This document shows, one piece after another, positions 37,901-45,788 of a stretch of 64,000 nt of DNA; positions within the stretch are counted from its first letter, which is position 1; each line of letters begins with the position of its first letter. The notes under the pieces are model-generated. The model made no database searches. It saw only the letters and a program-made list of their open reading frames with translations, and was not told where the DNA came from. The stretch is from Marsupella aquatica (Eukaryota; Plantae; Marchantiophyta), in assembly GCA_973895155.1 (NCBI GenBank), contig OZ316892.1:20647619-20711618 (forward strand), written 5' to 3'. The position numbers and the translations under genes are program-made.

Positions 37901-38331
37901 CGGGTACGTTGTGCAGCTGCCATCGGTGCAGCCGGTGCCTGTATCAACACAGGTGGTAATGGCGCTTGTTGGGCCACCGGTAACAGCACCGATGATAGGT
38001 GTGAGATGATTTGTGGCAATGCAGTGAGCTCTGGGATCAGATTTTGTAACTCAGACTGCACCAACACAAAGGGCTCTCCTTCTTCTCGCTCGTGATCTAT
38101 GTCTGGCTCTTCGTCTGGGCATATGGCCTCATTACGTTGAGCCTCTTCCTGTTGCACACCAACTTGTTCTTCCAGCACCAGTGGCAACCTCCTCTCTTCT
38201 GCAAGCCGTAAGCGTTCTTCGGCAGCAACTCGTCGTCTGGTCCCAATCCAAGAGGGCCCCCCTTCTAGCTCTGATCTTGGGGTACGTGTGTGTTGGGGAC
38301 TTCCTCTACCTCCCCTTCTCCCTCTCGGCAT
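31933..38331 (-). CDS. Gag-Pol polyprotein, 2132 aa, single frame
   Basis: Retrotransposon gag, three CCHC knuckles, protease VDGGSG, RT FIDD, RNase H (YVD/DREAL/TDH), integrase HHCC + D,D,E and WMGPY. Confidence 0.98.
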   Translation of the reverse strand: MPRGRRGGRGSPQHTRTPRSELEGGPSWIGTRRRVAAEERLRLAEERRLPLVLEEQVGVQQEEAQRNEAICPDEEPDIDHEREEGEPFVLVQSELQNLIPELTALPQIISHLSSVLLPVAQQAPLPPVLIQAPAAPMAAAQRTRVQYVPFKGRPKDDPDEWIEEFEGIAEANGESAHKLTIIPGMMRGEAGPWFISLLANVKADWALFKQAFLKEFRSIGVEATSLLKVGQLRMKKKESLRRFLQRFQKLVRRIQARTDDAMRQAWFVAALPSKMGFFVRQAKPTTLAEAIAAAESYTAADATSKRCRRKKLKPVDSSSSEESSGSDSDSSDESEDSESTTESDTTESEAERRRRKKKKLSKKVKKSSHREVILPTVAVTPLSTARRLKEQEARYDELTEQMKALKVHFAGLKPERRKVPVERANVWCTKCMKFGHAPKECPAGEPAKVFQVREEDVEGASYSNPSYAAEGPIEYFMEEPPEANVYSVQPLNPGPRSIHGVSTNAGAPAYSNYPNANPGNRPPYPGVRKIPICYNCRVAGHYANVCPEPTRQGNGDFARLCQLCKGEGHLAPHCPTLEAFKAQPIGAQEKKGPPPPLKEASVNFLTTEAVDTPLITRREETVVNIPKQRMTTITEEVVPLVVVVSPVVEIPVVVVATSTEVEVANPSPPSHEWTHAENLPEEDSDEERRHYSCYRVSTRSGKKKGKSELKQKYKEVHQASTSGTSHEPEVPPMEDSDFDRDNPKLFYPKVGEEVRKQLEELEAQAMQAAIDKDMEEAKARKKAEERVVRWKPGEEVIPPIPPATAYNIAQDILDCPVSATIGQLLRDSSLYRRQVKEILMRRRRRRRLPKVGADPIQVNWVTEDLGAPELTVDINGCAIRFVPVDGGSGVNIMTEETANRLGYTELEPPARAMRLADGARVVPLGCLTKIPTMIGGKSFPLNYLVMRPVRPYGFPILIGRPWLYVAKVTSDWGKRQFRFGIPTITIPWSAESPHGETTTMEEEYDSEVTSDEDEDEVYMVKLISHLTEEDVFGPGVATQEHAVEESVSQVHAVLEEMEDERSKIVEAEPLEIHDREAEDHPEEVEMQAHTIMFDDEQREQFLNDILDDDFREELLSHYKESDVEEIMAHVTKDPPPSRPDQEESDAPVYGGMRLALLEETFDEETRNKLDVIRPEQYTKVEVGEGKTLNIGSKLDATEQRTIQELLKEYQDVFAWSHQDLKGVPPEFGEHSIDLMSGARPVRQRQYRLNPKYSLMVKEEIDRLLDAGFIYPVMHSEWVSPIVIVPKKKGPDGKVKIRVCQDFRKLNDATKKDHYPLPFTDIVLDMVAGWEIYSFLDGYSGYNQIWIREEDQLKTAFTTEWGIFAFRRMPFGLCNAPGMFQRLMMNIFHDFLRRFLEIFIDDFAVYGKRVKHPEHLRLTFQRCRETCLKLHPEKCFFGIEEGILLGHKVSARGIEVDREKVAVWVAVSFPKNVKEVRGFLGCVGYYRRFIKDFAKVAMPLTSMLKKGSEFEPTPSRQAAFDELKKRLLEAPVLITPNWNKEFHVYVDVSGFCIGAVLSQLDDDGRDHPIYFASRQLAPAEKNYSPTDREALGIIYACKKYRHYLLGYKVVFHTDHNSLKYMVNKPDLSGRIARWVLLLQEFNYEVRVRSGKSHSNADFFSRIEGASDSQEIDDRFPDEEVFSVNTEATTWYGEILEFLRTARVPSRLGPERAAVFLRKTGPYLLVKGVLHKYGMDGRLRRCLEEAEIRTVMAALHEEEAGGHFARETTARKILDAGYWWPTLFRDVHRYIQRCDPCQRQGKPGPSSRHPLVPILPLAPFEKWGVDFIGPFTPITRRGRKRYIILATDYATKWVEARATAKDDANTTARFLYEQIFTRFGPPLELVSDRGTHFLNHTIERLTENYLISHRKTTPYHPRANGLTERANGIMGKILNKTVSAHKTDWDLKLLAATYAYNLAHKTTTGHSPYFLVFGQHSLVPVEFEVPTIRILTREREGAEESVASRIQQLEQLTETREEALTHTEQEQGKRKSHYDSRLRRVSIEEGDLVLLYDSRFMHFPGKLHTRWMGPYVVDAVYSNGSVQLKTLEGQLLNTRINQERLKKYYTEEEYGARGGASQLREELCDGYPVTGSHT
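31969..31980 (-). promoter_or_regulatory. Polypurine tract AGAGAGGAGCTA
   Basis: Abuts the TG of the 3' LTR; resembles the sister element's PPT GAGAGGGGAGCTA. Confidence 0.85.
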
Positions 38332-38548
38332 CCCATTGAGACCTGCATTCCAAACTTACACCAATGTCTCAGAAAGCAATATTTGTAAACATCAACCGTC
38401 GCACGATGCGTTGTGGTTGACGTACAATAACAAAGTAACCAACAAACTTCTCACGTATCAACCGTCGCAAGTTGCGTTGTGGTTGATAGGTTTGAACTCC
38501 CAATAGACGTAGCTCCCCTCCTTCGTGTCGTCAAACAAGAAGAAGGAT

Positions 38549-38566
38549 TCCCCGGCAGCGGCGCCA
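38549..38566 (-). promoter_or_regulatory. Primer-binding site TGGCGCCGCTGCCGGGGA (tRNA-Asp type)
   Basis: One mismatch to the Athila-type PBS TGGCGCCGTTGCCGGGGA complementary to the plant tRNA-Asp 3' end; 20 nt from the 5' LTR. Confidence 0.85.
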
Positions 38567-39697
38567 AAAACAAAAGACCACACTTATGTCACTTGCCTCT
38601 CCAACGGTTAATACGTGCAAACCGCACTTTTCTTCGCTTAAACCGTTGGTATCGTATTACGGGGTCGTGGAGGGACGCTATTTGGATTCTTTTCACACCA
38701 GGATGAGTATTTTGGTTTCCGCTCCCGGAAATGTAGGTTTTGATCAAGTCTACCGACTACCCTCACCCCACAGCTTTTGATCAAGTCCTGCCGACTACCC
38801 CACTACACCTTCACTCGGAGTCACCCAAAGAGTGCTGTCACCACCCCTACTCACAAGGCCGACTCAAACCAAGCAAGTTTCTTCAAATCATAGAACGGGA
38901 GAACACAATTCGGAAAGCGAAAAAGGGAGAAGGAACACACAACAAAAGCCCATCAAGTCAAATGTACAGATCCATATCTCTTGGGAAAAACGATACACAT
39001 TGCATGAGTAACCCGGCCTCCTGCCGTCTACTCAACTCCTGCCTCTCCGGACAATGAGTATGGCTCCCCCTCACTACTCTGAACACGCTTTCAAACTCCT
39101 CAGGCTCCACTCTATCCCTCCTTGCTAACTTCACACTGAGTCCCCCTAACTACTTCGGGGCTATCCCCCTAAATACTGAAAAATCACACCAAAGCACCCC
39201 TCACAGGGTCACAACGGTGGCGGCTACCCTAGCGGCGCCGCTAAAACCTTGCACTAAGAGAAATCCTTAAACTGAAGAGGAGCATGCGGCACACACATGC
39301 TGCTAAAACCCTAAACCCAAAACAAGGGGGCCGACGGTGCCTTCGACGGCGCCCCAACAGTACACGTGAACCCTGAAAGTGAGAGGCACCCCAAAATGGC
39401 CGAAACTAGGTGCCCTTCCAAGTGCACACCTGAGCTCACCCCTGGATAGCTCTTCTTTTCCTGCTTCCGAATCACTAAGTCGCTCCCTCAACGGACTTCA
39501 GACGCCTGAGTTATGGCCGTTTCCGTACCGCAAAAACATAAGTTCTCCAGGCCATAACTTGCTCATCCTGGCTCCGTTTGAGGAGCGCCGCCTCTTGTTG
39601 GAATCAGCTCCGCGAGCTCATCCCAACAAGCCCATGAGTGACCCCCCACTAAAATGTTGGAAATCTGGAGGCCGTACACCCACGTCCGTACGCCTAT

Positions 39698-41554
39698 CTA
39701 ATCCTCCTCTTCTTCTTCGCTCTCGGTGCCCGGACTTGTGCCCCGTGAGTGGTCCTCCTCCTCATCACTCACGGGAGTGAGTGCCACCGTACTTTTCTTC
39801 TTCTTCGACGGAGTACTCTTAGTGCTGCTGCTCCCGCGCTTCCTCAAAGCAGCCAAGGCCTGCCACGCCTTGATGTACCCCTCACCAATTGTGTCCTTCC
39901 AGAGGGTAGCCTCTTCTCCGGACCGCAACTCCAACGGTAGAACTTGCCCCGTGGCCATGGGAGTCCCGGGGGTGACAGACCTGGGTGGCATCCCCGTACT
40001 GACCTGAGCCTCCCGTAACGATTTCCGTACCTCCCGGAGCTTCTTCTCCAAGCTCTTACTCTTCTCCTGACTCTTCTTGGCTCCATCCAACAAGGGTCCA
40101 TACTTCCCACTAACCTCCTTCACCACCATCTCGATAGCTTGGGAGATCACATCCGGGGAAAGTGTGGAGCCAGGTGTGCCGGGACTCTTCCGTTTCCCTA
40201 GACTCAGGGCCTCACTTCTCTTCGCTCGTGTCTCAAAGGCTGCCACCTGACTCCGTAGTGCTCCCACCTGGTTCCTCCACTCCATCACTTCTCCAGAATT
40301 TTGCTTCTCTTTGGCCAATGCTTGCCTCAACGCTCCTACTTCTTCTGCTTCCTTGGCCTTGGTGGACAAAGCTCCCTTCAAGTTGGTGATCTCTACGTGA
40401 GCTGCATTGATGTGCCTGACCTTCTCATGAATGGTCTGCTCCTTGGTCTTGATCACCTCCTTCAGTGACAGGATGCTCTGCTCTAACGTCTCTACTTTGA
40501 CTGTGGCGTGCTTGAGAGACTCCCTCAATGCGTGGACTAGCTTGAGTCCCTCGTGGACTCCCTCTCTGAAATCCCGTAGCTCTGCCAAGTAAACATCCGG
40601 AATGTTGTATTCCAGAGGCTGTTTCGGATCTCCCACGAGTGATTCAAGCCACTCCAATGTGCAATCATCCTCCTGGTTCTCTTCTTCTCTATTATCCTCC
40701 CCACCAGCAGACAATGATTCCTCCGTGAGCTTCCCTAAAACGGTAGTGGCAATACTCCGGATCTCCGTGGTGAGAGATGATCCCGTGTCTTCATGCCCCG
40801 GAGAACCAATCAACCCTTCTGCCCTGGCCAATACAAATGACCCCATCAAATGTACAGCCCCACCTGGTTTCACACTCCCGGGCTCAGCGGCCAATAGCTT
40901 CTTCAATCCGTAGCACCACCATCCGTACACATGGGCTGGGTAGTTCTTGATGTCCATAGCTACCACGAAATGCTCCTCATTCAGCACTCCGGATTGCACG
41001 TTGCCAAGAACCCGTTGATGCACCTTGGCCAGGAAGCCCTTATACTCAACATCCTTGACAGCAGAAAGAGGGATGGCGGTGGTGGAGGTAGGATTGGTCA
41101 CCCAAGTGGCCACCATTTTCAACGTGAGTTCTCCCCTGATATTCCGAGGTGTGAATGAGAATTTCTGATTCTCAAGAAACAATAGCTTAGCCAACTCCAC
41201 ATGGGGCACTACACGTTTGAGACATTCAAAGTAGATTCCCTCCGTTCGGAACTCCATCCCGGCCTCAATGTCCCAGCTCTTCCCTGAAGGGATGGTAATC
41301 TCCACCTTCATGAATTCTGTAAGCCCGGTGGCTTGGAAAATGTTCCGACAATCCTCCATCACCTTGGTGGAGGTCTTGGGATAAATTCGACGAAAAATCT
41401 TCCTACCCACCGGTGAGGAACCCGCTGCCAATCCCGTGCTCATCATAACTTCTCTCTCTTCCCTTTCCCGTGTAATCCGAGTCTCCACGTAGTCACGGTA
41501 AGCAGCCTTGTATCTCCGAATGCGTGACGCACTAAACTCTGGTTGATCTAGCAT
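39698..41554 (-). CDS. LTR-encoded 618-aa protein (5' LTR copy)
   Basis: Identical to 28954-30810 except one Thr/Ala change (30006 vs 40750). Confidence 0.88.
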   Translation of the reverse strand: MLDQPEFSASRIRRYKAAYRDYVETRITREREEREVMMSTGLAAGSSPVGRKIFRRIYPKTSTKVMEDCRNIFQATGLTEFMKVEITIPSGKSWDIEAGMEFRTEGIYFECLKRVVPHVELAKLLFLENQKFSFTPRNIRGELTLKMVATWVTNPTSTTAIPLSAVKDVEYKGFLAKVHQRVLGNVQSGVLNEEHFVVAMDIKNYPAHVYGWWCYGLKKLLAAEPGSVKPGGAVHLMGSFVLARAEGLIGSPGHEDTGSSLTTEIRSIATTVLGKLTEESLSAGGEDNREEENQEDDCTLEWLESLVGDPKQPLEYNIPDVYLAELRDFREGVHEGLKLVHALRESLKHATVKVETLEQSILSLKEVIKTKEQTIHEKVRHINAAHVEITNLKGALSTKAKEAEEVGALRQALAKEKQNSGEVMEWRNQVGALRSQVAAFETRAKRSEALSLGKRKSPGTPGSTLSPDVISQAIEMVVKEVSGKYGPLLDGAKKSQEKSKSLEKKLREVRKSLREAQVSTGMPPRSVTPGTPMATGQVLPLELRSGEEATLWKDTIGEGYIKAWQALAALRKRGSSSTKSTPSKKKKSTVALTPVSDEEEDHSRGTSPGTESEEEEED

Positions 41555-41985
41555 CCATGCATCCCGAAATCAATTTCTCAATCACCAATCCCGTCACCCG
41601 TGGCAATGTCAATTCCCTGGCCCGAAACAGCCCCCGTAGCCCGATCACTTAAATTCTCTCAATTTCCCGTCACTACTCCGTGCGGCCGCCACTAATGCCT
41701 GGAAGAATGACGCCAGCAAGCCCCACTAATCCACCATGAAAGAGAGAGCTTCAAAAATAATTAGAATCTGGAGAGAGCTTCCGGCAAGAGAGAGAAGAAC
41801 CCCATTTTTGCTTTCGGCAATGAGAGGGTCGTGCAAAAGGAAGAGGGAAAGAAAAAGGAAGGAAAAAAAAATAGAACCGAAAAAACTCCTGGCGCCTTCG
41901 CCATGCGCCCCGGCCCATTTCTCGGGCCTTACCCTTGCGTCCTCCTGCGCGCGGCCCTATGCAGGGCGCGCGGCCATTCCTCCCG

Positions 41986-42348
41986 GCTCGCGGGAGGCCC
42001 TTCAACTCCCCCCCGCTCGCGTGATCCTCCCAGCTCGCGGGAGGCCCTTTAACTCCCCCCCGCTCGCGTGATCCTCCCAGCTCGCGGGAGGCCCTTTAAC
42101 TCCCCCCCGCTCGCGTGATCCTCCCAGCTCGCGGGAGGCCCTTTAACTCCCCCCCGCTCGCGTGATCCTCCCAGCTCGCGGGAGGCCCTTTAACTCCCCC
42201 CCCCCGCTCGCTTGCGCTCCTTCAGCTCGCGGAGCCTCATTAATTGCCCGGGCACGCAGCCCTATGGGCTCGCGAGGCAGCCCCTTCAGCTCGCGGAGCC
42301 CCATTAATCGCCCGGGCACGCAGCCCTATGGGCTCGCGAGGCAGCCCC
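41986..42348. repeat. CpG-rich 47-bp and 64-bp tandem arrays (5' LTR copy)
   Basis: Same arrays as 31242-31604, shifted by 10744 bp. Confidence 0.95.
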
Positions 42349-42711
42349 TCTTTCTCTCGGACGGCCACTAATGGGACTCGCCCTCCTGAGGAGGGATTTA
42401 TTTAAAAAAAAACCCCCCCCTCTCCTGACTTTGCAATGGGGGTCTCAACAATAGCTCTTGAAGCAAAACGGTAAGTCCTATGGGGCTGGTCCTGGCTAGT
42501 TTCAAGGTCCCAAAATATTTGCCCACTTAGGTCGCCGCAAATCTTAGAACTATTATGAGAGAAAGAATATAAAGTCACCTGGGGCATCATCAACCTATAA
42601 TGACGGAATTAACTAAAAATTAAAAAATGGCTTATTTACATTGACTATTAACAAGGTATCGGCCTTTGCAACCAGTTATGTGTGACTTCCCGTGACGGGG
42701 TACCCGTCACA

Positions 42712-44204
42712 GGCACATCGCCCCCCTCGATCCAACTTCCCACATTCTTAAATAGATGAACATATCCATTATGTTTGTGCAACATGTCTTGCAGTTGAGC
42801 CAGTATCCTTGGATCCAAGTGCGGCATTCGGTTGAGCCTACAACAAAAGCAATTAGAACCACTCAGGTTGGAGATATATGAAAATGTACCTAAGCAAGAC
42901 GGGAGAGCAAGTGGTCATGGGATTGGGAAATGTACCTATTCCCCACTTCATTGGCGTTTTTATAAATGTATAATTGCGCAAATTTGGGCCCTTCTCCTAT
43001 AGGGGGCAAAAGGCAAGATGGTACAACTCTCCTTGGATACAAAAGGAATAAGGTCCCCGACTATTATTGGGCTCATACACTTTTTCATCAATGGAGGTAA
43101 ACGCCAAGGCATTGTTATAACCTTTTATGTTCTCGCGGAAATTCTTCGCAACATTGTCTTGCCTTGTAAGCAAGCTTTGTAGAGGCTCACGGGGGCACCA
43201 AAAGGAGGCAATTTCACCTTGCCGTTCGCACAACAGGCACTATAAAGGGGATTCTTTTCTTCAGTGCCCTTTTTGCATTCTTAAAGCCAATGAAGTGCCC
43301 CACATGTGCGGCAAACCATGTCCATGCCCCAAACAATGTCGGGCCAAGTGAGGATCCAACGGTCTTCGAGCCTTTGGAAGATGACTGATTAGTTGTGCCC
43401 TCCATCTTCGTCGCGCTATTTCTTCTTTGCTCCGCAGCGCATGTGTGACTGGTGCAGTTGCCAAACTCTCATGGACTTCAGACGAAACATCGGGCCCTAC
43501 ATCCAGTTCATTTTCTCCACTTGACAACTCCAAGGTCCCCTTGACAAAAGTGTCAAATTCACCATCCCCATCGTTGACATAATCTTCCTCTATATCATAT
43601 AATTCCCCCACCGCATGTTGATCAAAACTGCCATCCATTGCCCCATTGATGAGTCACTCCTCATCAAACAAATAAGTTTGAGTGTGAGCGTGCATCGATT
43701 CCTCCAACGGACAATCAATCCCCCCATCATCCAACGCCCCATTGATAAGCCACTCCTCATCATAGACGCCTCATAGGACGTGTTGGAGGCTAACTCCAAT
43801 GGAGGATGTTGAATCCCACTTTCATCCAAAGCACCTTGAATGAGCCATCCTTCATCAAATACATGTGGGTCACAGGGAACCATGGGTTGGTGGACCAATG
43901 TGCTTGGATCACCAACACTAATATTGGAAATGGCATGGGGTCTTTCCAATGCTTGCCCTTGGCCCTGAGTCTCGCGACGAAATTGTCTCCCACTATTCAT
44001 CCGTGTAACCAAGTTTGGTTGAGCGCTCGCTTCTGCCCAAACCCCTTCAATTGGAGCCCCAACAGCCTCTCCATTATTTCCAACCACCCCATTTTGTTGT
44101 TGCCGACGCTGCGTTTGGCTCTCCCGACGCCTTTCATTAATGGTGTCTTTGTCTTTGGCGTACCTCTCATGCCGAGCTGCCAATACCTGGTTGGGAGGAG
44201 GCAT
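42712..44204 (-). pseudogene. Helitron RepHel N-terminal part (Zn-finger-like region), frameshifted, with one intron
   Basis: PHMWG/CGALHW-like and SACC..GEI remnants, FRENIKGYNNALAFTSI, GPYSFCIQGELYH, LDPRILAQLQDMLHKHNGYV; joins in frame across the TSD (GGDVP|EVSLRL); GT-AG intron at 42935-42838. Confidence 0.85.
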
Positions 44205-44554
44205 ATTGGCTTCGGTACCCTCAACAAAATAAAGCCCTAATTACTTCATGCTCCCGCCCATAGGCCGTTGTCTACATCCAACGCACATATATTGTTTGTC
44301 ATTCAAATTTAAATTAGTCATTCAAATTTGCATGCCCCATTCCAAGCTTGACAGACCCTAAGTAAGTTGAACACCGATTGGAGGATAGCATTGCAAGAGA
44401 CATGGGATATTAAAAGCGGGATTAGAATTAAGGAGCCCAATATCCGTCAAAGATACATCCTATAAGGGCTCCCTCATCCCACCCACCCACCCAATCTTGG
44501 CGACGTTCATCCTGCTTCTAGGAGTTGTGCCTCTTGCCCCTAAATTAACCTTTG

Positions 44555-45115
44555 CTTACTTGGCTTTGGCCGCCCCTATGCCGAGACCCCTTGGGGCAAC
44601 GACACGGCTTGGTCGACTTTTCAACTAAACATTTTGTCACTCCTTGCATCCAGGAACCGGCTCTATTGGTAACCCCAAAGTTTTGGTGACGTAAAGTTGT
44701 TTAACTGAAAGTCACCATGGCTGCTGACTTGGCTTTGGCCGCCCCAATGCCAAGTCCCCTTGGGGCAATGGCACGGCTTGGCCAACTTTTCAACGGGCCT
44801 TTTCCTACTCCTTGCATCCTCCAACCCCATTGGTAACCCCAGATTTCTGGTTACTTTAAGTGTTTCACTTAAAGTCGTCGTGATCGCTTACTTGGCTTTG
44901 GCCGCCCCAGTGCCGACACCCCTTGGGGCAACGACACGGCTTGGCCAACTTTTCAACGGGCCTTTCTCCTACTCCTTGCATCCCCCAACCCCATTGGTAA
45001 CCCCAGATTTCTGGTTACTTTAAGTGTTTCACTTAAAGTCACCGCGACCGCTTACTTGGCTTTGCTGCCCCAATGCCAAGACCCCTTACGGTAACGGCAC
45101 GGCTTGGCCTTCAGC
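44555..45115. repeat. ~165-bp tandem repeat, about 3.5 copies, in the Helitron 5' region
   Basis: CTTACTTGGCTTTGGCCGCCCC..CCCCTTGGGGCAACGACACGGCTTGG recurs at ~44555, 44724, 44887, 45051. Confidence 0.85.
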
Positions 45116-45788
45116 GGCTTGGCCCCTTGCATGAAATCCCATTGGTAACCTCATCCATGTTTACTCGGCTCCTTACTCACCAACGTCATTCCCCCTTGGG
45201 GTGGTGGTGTGGTTTGTGTCACCTTCCAACTTGGATGCTTGAGAGGAGGTGGTCCCCTCATATATGCTTATGGGGACCTGCTACCCCCGGACCACCCTAA
45301 ACCCGATATTTTTGGCCCCCAACCCATGCATCTTTCAGTGCAAAACCCGGGTGCAAACCGGAGTGGCAACACATAACGGCAACCAAGTGCTTGCCTAGGA
45401 GTTTGATCCTGGGGAGCGCAAGAAGGTGAGTTAGAGCACATGTTGGGGCCTACACTCTCGGGTTTCATGTCCGAGGGATCTCTCATCCGAGGGATCTATT
45501 GGGTCCAAGCAAGGGCAACGCAAGGCTGAGCCGAGGTCTGAGTCGGGTGTGGAGTCGTCGTCGTCAGCCCAGGCCTGAGTTGGGAGCAGAGTCATCCTCG
45601 GCGACTGGAGGCTGAGGCAAGTCGGGCGTCAAGAGGCAATGGCGGAGTAGAGGTTTGGTCCAAGCGTCTTGGGAGTCAACCGTCGCGATGAGGGGAGGGA
45701 AGGCCATGGCGAGACTGTGGCGAGGGGGAGGGGAGGCAAGGTCGAGCGAGGGGAGGCAAAGTCGGGCAAGGGAAGGTCGCGACAAGGG

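Larger units (their letters stand above)
27843..42711 (-). mobile_element. Intact Ty3/Gypsy LTR retrotransposon, non-chromovirus (Athila/Phygy-like), 14869 bp
   Basis: TG..CA LTRs, 5-bp TSD GGCAC (27838-27842 and 42712-42716), tRNA-Asp-type PBS, PPT, uninterrupted gag-pol in PR-RT-RH-IN order, no chromodomain. Confidence 0.98.
38587..42711 (-). repeat. 5' LTR, 4125 bp
   Basis: Near-identical to 27843-31968. Confidence 0.97.

Noticed and set aside
32246-38506. Many short plus-strand and alternative-frame ORFs
   Set aside because: Shadow ORFs of the GC-rich gag-pol with no recognisable motifs.
27843-42711. 4.1-kb direct repeat read as a segmental gene duplication or assembly artefact
   Set aside because: TG..CA ends, PBS, PPT, a perfect 5-bp TSD and a few differences between the copies identify true LTRs.
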